NCBI GenBank assembly: GCA_964016885.1
Contig: OZ024746.1
Coordinates: forward strand, 54,188,001 to 54,252,000
DNA length: 64,000 nucleotides
Origin: Eledone cirrhosa
Lineage: Eukaryota
Direction of reading: 5' to 3'
Each line of letters starts with the position of its first letter. Position 1 is the stretch's first letter. A model generated the notes under the pieces. The model did not search any database. It saw only the letters and a program-made list of their open reading frames with translations, and was not told where the DNA came from. Positions 44,092-56,447 of this stretch are shown piece by piece. Both the position numbers and the translations under genes were made by a program.

Positions 44092-45059
44092 CGAAGGAAA
44101 TGTGGTAAGGAACCAGGTGGACCATAACGCACCAAAGTACTCAATACTTGAGGTAGTAGAGTGGATAATAGGAACCAGTAAGACCCCGACAGCTGAGCTC
44201 AAGCCGTTTCGACGGCTAATTCAGAATTAGCCGTCGAAACGGCTTGAGCTCAGCTGTCGGGGTCTTACTGGTTCCTATTATATATATATATATATATATA
44301 TATACATGGAGATATATTTATATACACGTTGATTCATAAACACACATGTCGATTAACATGCGTCAATTTATAGACACATGTATATATATATATATATATA
44401 TACACACCGATTTATATAAACACATATCTGATACAAGCTTCTATTTACATGTAATTATAGACACATTTCTACACAAACAGCAATATACACTATTCTCACA
44501 GGTCTATATACACCCAACTGTATAGACACATATTCGCAGAACCATCCAGAAAGATAACATGTACCTTGTAAACATAATTAAAGATTAGGTCATCTTCTGT
44601 GTACGGCTCCATGTGAATACAATAGCAGTAATATACAGACATGATTATATATATATTTATACATATACAAAAAGCTGCATGCATACATACCTACACACAT
44701 ACATATATACATACATACACACATGCATGCATGCATACATACATACCTACACACATACATATATACATACATGCATGCATACATACATACATACATACAT
44801 ACATACATACATACATACACACACACATACATACATATATACATACATACATGATGGCTGCCCCCTCGTTATCGAATATGGCCATTGCACAATATACCAT
44901 TATTAATAATTATTAATTAATTCTGAGTTCAATTCTGAATTCAAATCCCGACTGACGTTAACTTTGCCTTTCGGGGTCGATAAAATAAAGTACCAGTAAT
45001 GCACTGGGATAATTGCTGGCTTTGTGCCAAAAGTAGAAACAATTAATTAGTTCTATCGT

Positions 45060-45290
45060 GCAATGCCTGTGCATGAAGATATTTTTTAAAGTGAAGAAAG
45101 ACTGTGCACTGAGCCAATCCCACTCTCTGAGCGACAGTAACTATAACCCGAAAAGAAGAAAAGATCAACATCATCGGTAACTACTGAGCCGCAGGTTTTA
45201 TATCGGATTTATCCCAGTTTCCTGAGTTGCCTTCTCCTAGAATACTGCCCTGACAAAGGCTAGGGGTCCTTCCTTCCCAGTCGTTTAACC
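45060..45290 (-). mobile_element. RTE 5'-UTR-like fragment
   Basis: Minus strand CCTAGCCTTTGTCAGGGCAGTATTCTAGGAGAAGGCAACTC resembles the conserved RTE 5'-UTR motif. Confidence 0.5.
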
Positions 45291-45589
45291 GCGCGGTACA
45301 TGTGTATATACATATTTACATACTTTCGGATGACCGTTGACTCTTATGAGTTCTTCTGCCCTTTGTCAGGTTTTGTTTTTTGTCCTGCAGGGTGTCCAAA
45401 ATCACCCTCCTCACCAAGTAAACTTGTTGGGGTTGCCGGTTTAGTCGCCGACGACCCGACCATGCGACAGGTTGTACTGGGTTACATGTTACCAGTAGCA
45501 CACACATACATACATACATTCATACATACATACATACATACATAAATATATAAATACATGCATGCATAAATACATACATACATGCATAA

Positions 45590-45945
45590 ATGGACTAGTC
45601 TTGACTGGAATGGACTGGAATGGCACCCCGTCAGTTACGACGTTGATTGTTCCAATTGACCCGATTTACAGAACAGCCTGCTCTTGAAATTAGTGTGCAA
45701 GTGGCTGAGTATTCCACAGACACATGTACCCTAAACATAGTTCTCTGCGAGATTCAGCGTCACACCGAAACATGACTAGGTTGGCCCTTCGAATTATAGG
45801 CACAACCCATATTACCCAGCTGAGTGGACAGGAGCATCGTAAAATAAAATAAAGCATCTTGTTCAAGGACAGAAAGCGCCGCTGGGATTCGAACTCACGA
45901 CCTTATGGTTGTGAGGCGAATACCTTAACCCCAAAGCCACGCCCG
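45590..45945 (-). mobile_element. tRNA-derived SINE (family 2)
   Basis: Minus strand GGGCGTGGCTTTGGGGTTAAGG...GTGAGTTCGAATCCC (A/B boxes). Homologous to 4290-4625. Confidence 0.8.
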
Positions 45946-46340
45946 TTTACATACATACATACATACAGAGTGAAAGTCAAATCGCATCGGAGTAAAAACG
46001 TGTTACCGATGTTGTTATTGCTGATGTAACCTTAGACAGCTCATCATAGTAGTAAGTAACTTATATGTCATACCACACATTGTGTAGGTCAGTTTTCTGC
46101 CTACTTGAGTTTGATTGGCATATCATAATTTGTGATACCGTGTTAGTCAACCTGCAGAACATCACATTTTGGCACTGATGCCGCATGCCTAATCCAGCTG
46201 TGTTGGAACTTAAATTTGTTATTTCCATGAGTATGACGTCTACTATGACTTACTAGCCCAGCCCTTGTTATGCATATATGCTATCGCACCTCACATGTAA
46301 GAGTCTCTTTCGCCTCCCGCTATGAAATCAGATTAACATC

Positions 46341-46401
<61 letters not shown>

Positions 46402-47418
46402 ACGTCTTGATTCTACGAACCAGGTTTTCCTATCGTAGAATCAAGACGTATCTGAGGACCTTGCGATTTTCAGAGTCAGGTTAGATCATCACATCGATCG
46501 TGCCTCGAGCTGGTCGCCAGAGAAACGATTGTAATATGTCCAATGAATTCCATTCGCGCAACACTGATTCTCCTTTTTTCTGTGATATCATACTCTGCTC
46601 CATGAAAGCATCGAGTGCTCATACAGCCTACTGCATATATTTTTCCCCGCTGTGACCCGTCTATTTCGTTCTTACTGCTTCCTCTTTCTCTATATCTTTA
46701 CCCTCTCTAACAGTCACTCTCTCTGTTAGCCTCTTCCTCACCCTTCACTCACTCACTCTCTGCTACTACCTCTCCTACTTCCTCCCGTTTGACCTGTGCC
46801 TAATTCTTTTCTCTCGCACGCTTGACCAGGCTGGTTCCCCTTTTCTCTCTCTCGTCTACGATTAAACAGAACTTATGTTCACCGAATTCACGGACTGGAC
46901 TCCTTCATCCCGTTTGACCTGTGCGGAATTCCTTCCTTGCTCACATTTCGACTAGGTTTGATGGTCTTTATTCTCTCTCGTTTACGATTTCACCGAACTT
47001 ACATTCATGGAAATCTGGGACGTGACTCTTTCTTCCTCACTTTTCGTTGCTTTACCATCTTTGTTTGTTTACACTCTCGCTCGTTCCCCTTATTTACGTG
47101 TCCCAACGACTTTCTTTAGCCGTTGCTCGCACCAACCGGAGGTATATGGTCTTTAAAGCGATGAAATACCAATGATGGTTGGAAGATCACTGATGAAGGA
47201 CTAACTTTATTCATATATATATATATATAGGAAAAAGTATGACACTGACGGCAGAGCTCAAGCCGTTTCGATGGCTATTTCTGTCCAGAAAAAGCCGTCG
47301 AAACGGCTTGAGCTCTGCCGTCGGGGTCATACTTTTCCATATTTCCCACTCTACTACCCTAAGTATTGAGTACTCTGGTGCGTTATAGCCCATCTACTTC
47401 CTTACCACAATTCCTTTG

Positions 47419-47510
<92 letters not shown>

Positions 47511-47604
47511 CAGATTAAAGTTGAAGCAAGAATCGCTGCTTTCACCCTTAACGGGATCTTCTTTCGAGCCCTCTTTGGATTTTAGTCTTCAAATTTATTA
47601 TTAT

Positions 47605-47635
<31 letters not shown>

Positions 47636-47639
47636 GCTG

Positions 47640-48560
47640 TTCTGGTCACTTTAGCATAGGCCATTAACTTCAGTCAATGTTCCTTAACACTAATAACAAT
47701 CAGAACCGTGTTCTATTTGTCGCAAGATTTTACCATGTATCATGATATTATTGACCTTCTTCAGGGCCCCTTTCATGCACTAATTAAAGCGTTTGTGTGT
47801 ATTGCAGTGCAGGGGATTGCTCCATAAAACCAGAGCCTGAAGTTCTCTTGGCGTACTAAGTGCCCTCGCCAACAGTGACGCTGTTTCATGATCATTGCCT
47901 CGATGATTGGCGGACAGGCTCACTGCAGCACATCAGTATCTGGTGTATGAGACCTCAATGAGATTTTGGAGGATAGATTGCAAGCTTTGTTTGTGGAATT
48001 GTTCCAGGCGCAGGATATATCCGCAGTATGTTGGACATGTATTACATCCATTCAGAAAGGCTTGCAAGCACAGATGTTTGGTACACTTAAACTTTCGTCT
48101 GGACACTGATATCTAACAGATTTTCTCCAACTTAGCAAAATAATCCCAAGCTTTAGACAACCGGTATCTGACATCTTCATCAATGTTGCTGGTTCTTGAG
48201 AAAGTATTAAAACCCAGAGAGATAAACTTATGCACAACCTTGATAGAGATGGATGGTGGATTATATGGCTCTCCGGTTGCAGGCTGCTACGTTACTATCG
48301 TCATTTTCAGGTTGATTGTCTGCCCCAGCTCATTCCCGCTGCCAAGAAGCAGGCCATCAGAAGTTGAACGTGTTCTTATGTTTGGCTAACAAGATCACTG
48401 TCGGCAGCATAAAGAAGGTCATGCATCAGTGCCGTAAATATTTTTGATGCAGCAAGGAATCGATTGAATGCAGAGACGTCTAAATGTTTAACAATAGGCC
48501 TGAACGGAAAAACGGAAGAACATTCGAGAATTAGTTCAGCAAATTGAAAAATCAACAACA
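47640..48560 (-). mobile_element. degraded RTE-like RT fragment
   Basis: Minus-strand MHDLLYAADSDLV (a decayed YADD motif). The 47640-47800 segment is paralogous to 56645-56790. Confidence 0.55.
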
Positions 48561-48779
48561 GTGCTGAAACATATCTGTCATTTAGCAAGCATCTGTATGT
48601 GACAGCTGATATGACTTTGGGCTATGCGGAGAAAAATTATCTGGACTGCCTGCTGTGAATGAATCATTAGACAACCTGTAGCTATTAAGGGACAGGAAAT
48701 AATGTCTGTACATGTTCTTGTCTTATAAGTGGGCTGGTGCAGTGTGAAATTCGAACAGCAAAAGATTTATGGTGGCGCG

Positions 48780-48980
48780 ATCAGGCGCATCCCAAACAAA
48801 CCTCGTCTGAAAGACGAGATGCTAAATCCTTATACACCGAAACGCGCAGTGTATGACATACCCGGAGTTATTGCGCCACTGTGGTCAAAAGATGGAAACG
48901 ACCGGTTGCCTAAGCTCGACAAAATTAAGATAAGATGGAACGATCATTATAACAACATCTTAAACCATGGTTTAACATCC
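48780..48980 (+). mobile_element. old RTE-like LINE, left part (continues at 56820-57300)
   Basis: PLWSKDG...KIKIRWNDHYNNILN, the linker that precedes the RT domain. Confidence 0.6.
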
Positions 48981-48987
48981 TCATATA

Positions 48988-48991
48988 TATC

Positions 48992-49067
<76 letters not shown>
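48988..49067. repeat. (TATC)n microsatellite 5' of element A
   Basis: Direct reading; further tracts at 53007-53048 and 56349-56465. Confidence 0.97.
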
Positions 49068-49068
<1 letters not shown>

Positions 49069-49217
49069 ACGATGGACACATGTGCTGAGCTCGCTCGGTA
49101 AGTTTCGTTTAAATTTATCCGGAAATTGTGAACTGCAAACTTTCATTTTTGTACCATTTTGTAGAGGGACTGCCAGGTCAAATTTTGATCTGGTCGGTCT
49201 CTCAAAATATTCTGCGC

Positions 49218-50251
49218 CATACTCACAGATTCCCCCTGCCACTGTCACAGCAGCAGATGTAAAAGGCAGAGGTCAGCCAGAGGAAGAATTGTCTTCACCT
49301 GTTGACCGACCACTAGATGTAGCCACAACTATACAAGAAACTGAAAACAACAACAACAACAACGACAACAACAGCAACAATAAAGACAACAAAAACAACA
49401 ACAACACAAACGTCACAAGTATCCACACACCAAACGAGAAAGACAACAACAACAACAAAGATGAAAGCAACTCAAACGACGAGAAACAAAACAATACAAA
49501 CACCAACAACGAAAACAAAATATCTTTTGCACAAACGGCTAAATTATCAGTCACGTATGTGCTTGAAGATATTTCAAAAGCAAAAGAAATGCTGGAAAAA
49601 GCCAAGAAATATGTATCTTTTGGCGAAAACGGTTCGTTTTCTATAAATTCACCTCCAGAACTAAAAAAACAGACGGAATTACGAACTGTCGTATTCCGTA
49701 CAATTTTAAATAAAACAAAAAAACCAGCACAACCATCTCAAGCTGAAATTCAGTTAGTACTGAAAGAAGCGATGAGAGACATCACTTTCATACAAAAGGA
49801 TAAACTCTATGGGAGTTTATCCATATTGATGAAAGACGAATTGGCGGCGAAAAAATACTCTGTGTCGCCAATTCGTTCCACACACTACACCTTCTTCCCC
49901 ACCTACATGGGTAAAAAACCCCAGAGAATATGGATAACCACCATTACTAACCGGTTTCCTAAATTTAGACGAGGACAACCTCATTTCAATAGGGAAGGCA
50001 TCCGGCGACGCGTTCAGTGGAACGAGCATAGAAGTTCTGACACAAATAAGGCCAGAACGTATCGCCCAAATCCCCGAGCGCGTCATGCTGGATGACCGTA
50101 CCCACCTCAACATTATTGTGGAGGGTAGGCGTCCCTCCTGTTACCTCTGTGGCAATAGAGGTCACCTGAGGGCTGCCTGTCCCCAGCTCACACAGAAAAA
50201 AACACTGCTACCAACACCAACACCACCCCAACAACAACAACAAAAACAACC

Positions 50252-50285
<34 letters not shown>

Positions 50286-51024
50286 AAACCAACAACACCA
50301 CCACCACCACCACAACAACAACAAAAACAACAACAAACACGTGAAAAAACAACACAGAATACTGTCCCACCCAATCCCTCCCCACCGAAAACAAATACAG
50401 AAACACACACACCGCAAACACTACCAGAAAACATACCCCTCCCACCCAACAAGGAAGACGAACCCTTTCGTCGCAAGACGAAAAAGATCCCTTCCAACAA
50501 GTAAAAAGAAAGAAGAGGAGACGCACCACAGACACACATGTTAACTTTAACCCTCCCCAAGAGAACACAAACTACACACAAACCACCCCTCCCTGTCACA
50601 CAACACTAACTGCTACACAAAAAAAAGACCTTACAATATACATACATGAACACAGACAACAAAGAACTACTGAAAACAATTTCAGCAAACCCTTCGGTCC
50701 AAACTGAAGGGCCTAACTTTATAACTGCTGTGGGACTACCTCATTTAAAAATGATTAAAGTCCCAATGAACTTTTACAAAACACTGAAGATAAATTTCAC
50801 GGACGACGTGCCCCCCCCCCCCCTGCGCCAAACCAATCAACCGCGTCCTCCTAAAAAAAATCACCCCCAACCCCACCCCACCCCACCCAGACACCCACTC
50901 AACCACAAACACCCCAACCACACAACACACTGATGCCCCTTCACTTCCACAACCCCCCCCCAACAATGCATCCCCAACCAGCATGGAAATTGAGCGGCCC
51001 GTTTCTCGGGACGCAGAGAGGTAA
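49218..51024 (+). pseudogene. ORF1 (gag-like) of copy A, frameshifted and missing its start
   Basis: Pieces homologous to copy B ORF1; CYLCGNRGHLRAAC zinc knuckle; a 115-bp deletion relative to B removes the ATG; ends MEIERPVSRDAER*. Confidence 0.85.
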
Positions 51025-51048
51025 GTGCCTTTTCTCCTTACCACCAAC

Positions 51049-52740
51049 ATGGCTGTGCTAAGAGTAGGGTGTCTAAATGCGCGTGGCCTGGGCTCATCTT
51101 GGAAGCAAGCAATGCTTCTAAATGACCTCAGGTCACAATCTATAAATGTGATGGTTATCTGCGAGGCCCGGATCAGCAGCATGCGGCAGCTAGCCCCCAC
51201 CTTTGACGACTTTGAGATGCACGCATCTCTCTGTCAGCTCGGAGGTGGGGGTGGGGTTGTCGTTCTGCTGCAAAAACATCTGGGCCTTGCAACACAGATA
51301 GTTCACTTGGACCCAGGGGGTCGACTGGTGGTGCTGGACCTTGGCAGTGGTGAAGGTAGAGCTTTTAGGCTGGTAGCCGCATATGCCCCTTTTGGGACAG
51401 AGCGGCCCGACTTTTTCCAGCGTCTGGAGTCTTTTCTAGGGATGTCCCGTTCCCTGCTTTTAGTGGGGGACTGGAATGGTATCCTGGATGCACGTTGGGA
51501 CTATGCAGGGGCATGTCCCGATAGAGAGGGGTGCAACAGCCTCAAGGGGTTACTCGGCCGATTTGACCTGGCCGATAGATTTCGACTAGATTTTCCGACG
51601 GTGCCAACCTGGTCTTGGTCAAATCGCAGCGGATCATCTAGGTCGTACCTAGATAGGTTTTTAGTTAGAAATAAGGACAGGGACATTTTAAGTTGTCCAG
51701 AAATGCTCATGGTTGGCTATTCAGACCACAAGTTGGTGACCTGCATGGTCAACCTTGATAGAACGCATAGACAGGGCCCCGGTTACTGGAAGCTCAACTT
51801 GTCCTTGCCGGCAAGCAGAGCTTACAGGGATCAGATTAGTACGTTAGTTAAGGAACGGTTGACTGGAGCGATCATCAACAGTAGGTGGTGGGTATCTCTA
51901 AAGAGAGAGATTAGAGTAGTCTCGATAGAATTTAGTAAGGTTCTAGCTGCGGATAGGAATAGGAAGGAAAGGGAGCTAATAGATAGAGTAAAGACCGAGA
52001 AAAGACCGAGAAAACTGGGCGCCTGGCACACTGAGTGTGCCCAGGCGCTCACCGCCCTCTGGCAGGCGGATCCGGTTGTCAGTGGAGACTCCACCGCAAC
52101 ATTCTATAGAGGGCTGGTACGCAGCAGATGCGACGACGCCCTCGGAGAAGCCCTAGACACGGAGGAGGACAAACTGGCCAGCCTGTTCGGTAGGACATTC
52201 AGCCCGGGACCTATGGACAACTTCCAGAAGTCCCTGGCCTGGCAGTGCTACCGAGGGGCTCTACCCGTTCGAGAAAAGCTCTACAGACACGGCCGCCCGG
52301 GTAGGGACCCCGCCAAAAAGATCTGTCCCAGATGCGTGTGCGACGAGGAAACCGTTGCACACGCATTGGTACACTGCTCGGGCGTAGCCGATCTGTGGGG
52401 CTATGTCGAACAACTGCTGTCAAGGGTGGGACCGATCCGGTTGACCACCGAGTCTATTGTAACGATCAAGCCGCCTCCCCCCTTCAAAGATGAAGGAGAG
52501 GCGGTGTTTCTGTGCGTAATAGCCATGGTGAAAGAAGTTGTATGGTGGACGCGTCTGAAAGGACTGAGGTCAAGCACCTTTCTCTCAGGCCAACAACTGG
52601 TCCGTTTCTTCCGATATCATTTCGGAAGAAGGATCAGGATGGAGAGAGAGGTGCTCCACCCCAGTCGTTTTTATGAAAGGTGGGTGAAAGTGGCGAGAAT
52701 GGCCCGTGTGAATGGGCCTTCTCTTTACATAAGCCTGTAG
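51049..52740 (+). CDS. RT-less ORF2: APE-like endonuclease fused in frame to the C-terminal zf-RVT-like domain (563 aa)
   Basis: APE catalytic motifs LNARGL, ICEAR, AYAP, VGDWN, SYLDRF and YSDH, then GPGYWKLN; C-terminal CPRC..EETVAHALVHC. No QGxPLSP or YADD; the ORF is uninterrupted. Confidence 0.88.
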   Translation: MAVLRVGCLNARGLGSSWKQAMLLNDLRSQSINVMVICEARISSMRQLAPTFDDFEMHASLCQLGGGGGVVVLLQKHLGLATQIVHLDPGGRLVVLDLGSGEGRAFRLVAAYAPFGTERPDFFQRLESFLGMSRSLLLVGDWNGILDARWDYAGACPDREGCNSLKGLLGRFDLADRFRLDFPTVPTWSWSNRSGSSRSYLDRFLVRNKDRDILSCPEMLMVGYSDHKLVTCMVNLDRTHRQGPGYWKLNLSLPASRAYRDQISTLVKERLTGAIINSRWWVSLKREIRVVSIEFSKVLAADRNRKERELIDRVKTEKRPRKLGAWHTECAQALTALWQADPVVSGDSTATFYRGLVRSRCDDALGEALDTEEDKLASLFGRTFSPGPMDNFQKSLAWQCYRGALPVREKLYRHGRPGRDPAKKICPRCVCDEETVAHALVHCSGVADLWGYVEQLLSRVGPIRLTTESIVTIKPPPPFKDEGEAVFLCVIAMVKEVVWWTRLKGLRSSTFLSGQQLVRFFRYHFGRRIRMEREVLHPSRFYERWVKVARMARVNGPSLYISL

Positions 52741-53267
52741 GTGGAAAAGAGGAAGGAACGAGGGCACACACCCTCTCTGTGCTCCTGAGGAGAAGGGTTT
52801 CACACTTTTTTCGGGGGGGGGGGGTGCGACCCCCCAAGGCGCCTCCTCTCTATTGAGGATTTTGTTATAAATTTTTTTTTTGTTATATTTTATTTTATTT
52901 TTATATCTTGTTATTGCCTCCTCCTTATTGAGGACGCCTTTTTGTGTAAACTCCCCCCTTTGTACTTGTCCCACTTTTGATGCCCTGGTGGCAAATAAAA
53001 GAAACATATCTATCTATCTATCTGTCTATCTATCTATCTATCTATCTCTACGATGGACACACGTGCTGATCTCGCTCGGTAAGTTTCGTTTAAATTTATC
53101 TGGAAATTGTGAACTGTAAACTTTCATTTTCGTACCATTCTGTAGAGGGACTGCCAGGTCAAATTTTGATCTGGTCAGTCTCTCAAAACATTCTACGCCT
53201 TTAGGCGAAATAGTGTTGTAAACATTTTATCTTTCGAAAAATTTCGAAAAATCCTATTTTGAGAAAA

Positions 53268-55179
53268 ATGGCTGAAGCATCTTCACCAACAATCAAAGAA
53301 AGAAAAGGGAAGTCATACTCACAGCTTCCCCCTGCCACTGTCACAGCAGCAGATGCCAAAGGCAGAGGTCAGCCAGAGGAAGAATTTTCTTCACCTGTTG
53401 ACCGACAACTTGATGTAGCCACAGCTATACAAGAAACTGAAAAAAACAACAACGACAACAACAGCAACAATAAAGACAACAAAAACAACAACAACACAAA
53501 CGTCACATATGTAGTAAACACTTCCTTTCGTAAAGAAAGTGAATTTCACACAACAAAAAATGAAAATAACAGCCCACAACAGACACCAAAAAATACAGAA
53601 AATGAAAAAATTGAAAACACATCCAACAATACCAATCAAAAGGAAAAAAATGTCAACACAAACACCAAAGAAAATACAAAGAGTGACAACAACAGCAACA
53701 TTTCTTTTGCTGATACCGTAAAAAAAATGGAAATATTTCAACTTTTGGATTTAACCAACGCGAAACAAAAGTTGGAAGATGCTAAACAATATGTGACTTT
53801 TGGACCCAATGGGTCATTTAGCATAAATTCACCACAAGAACTAAGGAGAGAAAATGCCCTGAACACAGTGGTTTTCAGGACAATCTCAAATGCATCAAAA
53901 ATACCAGCTCAACTATCTCACAGTGAGATTGAGCTAGTATTAAGGAACCACATGGATAACATTTTATTTATTCAGAAAGCCAAACTTTTCGGCAGCATCT
54001 CGGTGCTAATGAAAAACAACATAACAGCACAAAAATATTCCATCGCGCCCATTGTGTCCACCCATTTTACATTTTTCCCTACATACATGGGAAAAAGAAC
54101 GCAAAAAATAAAAATTACATGTATAAGACCCAACGTAGATATTTGGTGGATACTTTATGGCCTAATTGACCTTGAAGAAGACACTTTGATCTCAGTAGGA
54201 AAATCCTCCAGAGATATATTTAGTGGGACTAGCATCGAAATTCTGGTGCAGATGAGCCCAGAACGTATAATGAAAATCCCACAGACAGTACCTATGGATG
54301 GACAGACCTACATAAACATTTCGGTTGAGGGTAGGCGGTCCGCATGTTACCACTGCGCAAGCAGAGGTCACCTAAGGGCTGCCTGTCCTCAATTGACAAA
54401 AAAACCCCCACTTTTACCAACACCACAAATAACAACACAATCACCACCACCACCACCACGACAACAAGAAAAATCAACAGAGAACCATATTCCACCCAAC
54501 TCCTCCCCACCCAAAACAAATACAAAAACACACACAGACACTACAGAATCCCAAAACATACCCCTACCCATCAACACGGATGAGGAACCCCTATCGACGG
54601 CACCCAGCGGCGATGAGGAGGAACCCTTCCAACCCGTGAAAAGAATAAAAAGAAAGAACCGCATGAACAAAAACGAAACAAACACACAAACACCAGCACA
54701 AACAGCACAACAATCACAAACAAAAGTTCCCCCTCCCGAAAACAAAACACCCACAACAAAGAGAAAACACGTGCAGCAACCACAGACAAAAACAAACACA
54801 ACACAGGAAAAATACACATACACTTACATAAACGAAGAAAATAGAACACTGATGGAGACCATCAGAAACAACCCTTTGGTCAAAACCGAAGGGAAAACTT
54901 TGGATAGCTCCAACAAAAACAAAAAAATGAACCTAAAACTGATCAGGGTCCCTATAGGAACTTATAGATCCCTAAAAGACACATTTGTAGAGGACGTGGG
55001 GAATTCCTGCGTGAAACCAATCAACCGCGTCCTCTACAAAGGCCCCCCCCCCACCCAAGTCATCCCCACCCAAGTCATCCCCCCACCAGACAAACACCCC
55101 AAGTCCCCCCCCCAGACCCCCCCACCCCCCCACCCTCATGGAAATTGTGCAGCCCGATACCCGGGACGCAGAGAGGTAA
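53268..55179 (+). CDS. ORF1 gag-like nucleic-acid-binding protein of copy B
   Basis: Long open frame from MAEASSP with the CCHC knuckle CYHCASRGHLRAAC. By homology to copy A, the natural end is probably MEIVQPDTRDAER* (TAA 55177-55179), with a 1-nt shift in a poly-C tract; the track extends it to 55280. Confidence 0.82.
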
Positions 55180-55203
55180 GTGCCTTTTCTCTTCACCACC
55201 AAC

Positions 55204-56104
55204 ATGGCTATGCTAAGAGTAGGCTGTTTAAATACGCGTGGCCTGGGCTCAACTTGGAAGCAAGCAATGCTTCTAAATGACCTCAGGTCACAACGTATAG
55301 ATGTGATGGTTATTTGCGAGGCCCGGATCAGCAACGTGCGACAGCTGGCCCCCACCTTTGATGACTTTGAGATACACGCATCTCTCTGTCAGTCCAGAGG
55401 TGGGAGTGGGGTTGTCGTTCTGCTGCAAAAACATCTGGGTCTCGCAACACAGATGCTACAATTGGACCCGGAGGGTCGACTAGTGGTTCTGGACCTTGGC
55501 AGTGGTGAAGGCGGAGCGTTTAGGTTGGTAGCCGCCTATGGCCAACCTGTTCGGTAGGACATTCAGCCCGGGACCCATGGATAACTTCCAGAGGTCCCTG
55601 GCTTGGCAGTGCTACAGAAGGGCTCTGCCCGTTCGAGAAAGGCTCTACAGACACGGGCGCCCGGGTAGGGACCCCTCGAAAAAGATCTGTCCCAGATGCG
55701 TGTGCGACGAGGAAACCGTTGCACACGCATTGGTACACTGCTCGGGCATTGCTGATCTGTGGGGCTATGTCGAACAACTGCTGTCAAGGGTGGGACCGAT
55801 CCGGTTGACCACCGAGTCTATTGTAACGATCAAGCCGCCTCCCCTCTTCAAAAACGAAGGAGAGGCGGTGTTTCTGTGCGTAATAGCCATGGCGAAAGAT
55901 GTTGTATGGTGGACGCGCCTGAAAGGACTGAGGTCAGACACCTTTCTCTCTGGCCAACAACTGGTCCGTTTCTTCCGATATCATTTCGGAAGAAGGATCA
56001 GGATGGAGAGAAAGGTGCTGCACCCCAGCCGTTTTTATGAAAGATGGGTGAAAGTGGCGAGAATGGCCCGTGTGAATGGGCCTTCACTCTACATCAGACT
56101 ATAG
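55204..56104 (+). pseudogene. ORF2 remnant of copy B (N-terminal part of APE joined out of frame to the C-terminal zinc-knuckle domain)
   Basis: MAMLRVGCLNTRGL...LVAAY joined at ~55540 to ANLFGRTFSPG...CPRC..H..C. Confidence 0.88.
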
Positions 56105-56348
56105 GTGAGGAAGATGAAAGACCAAGGGAGCACCCCTTCTCTGTGCTCCTGAGGAATAGGGTTGCACACTTTTTTCGGGGGTGTGTGCGACCCCCCAAGG
56201 CGCCTCCTCTCTCTATTGATTAATTTATTTTTTTATTTTATTTTATATTTTGTTATTGCCTCCTCCTTATTGAGGACGCCTTGTTTTGTAAACTCCCCCC
56301 ATTGTACTTGTCCCACTTTTGATGCCCTGGTGGCAAATAAAAGAAACA

Positions 56349-56447
<99 letters not shown>

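Larger units (their letters stand above)
49068..53006 (+). mobile_element. Tx1/L1-clade non-LTR element copy A, RT-less
   Basis: Starts TACGATGGACAC and ends AATAAAAGAAACA followed by (TATC)n, the same termini as copy B. Disrupted ORF1 with a CCHC knuckle; ORF2 has APE plus a C-terminal zinc knuckle and no RT motifs. Confidence 0.9.
53049..56348 (+). mobile_element. Tx1/L1-clade non-LTR element copy B, RT-less and EN-truncated
   Basis: Same 5' start and 3' end as copy A; open ORF1; ORF2 deleted from the AY motif to the C-terminal domain. Confidence 0.9.

Noticed and set aside
55180-55280. Overlap of ORF1 with ORF2 in copy B (programmed frameshift)
   Set aside because: Better explained by a 1-nt indel in the poly-C tract; the homologous TAA and 24-nt spacer before the ORF2 ATG are present in both copies.
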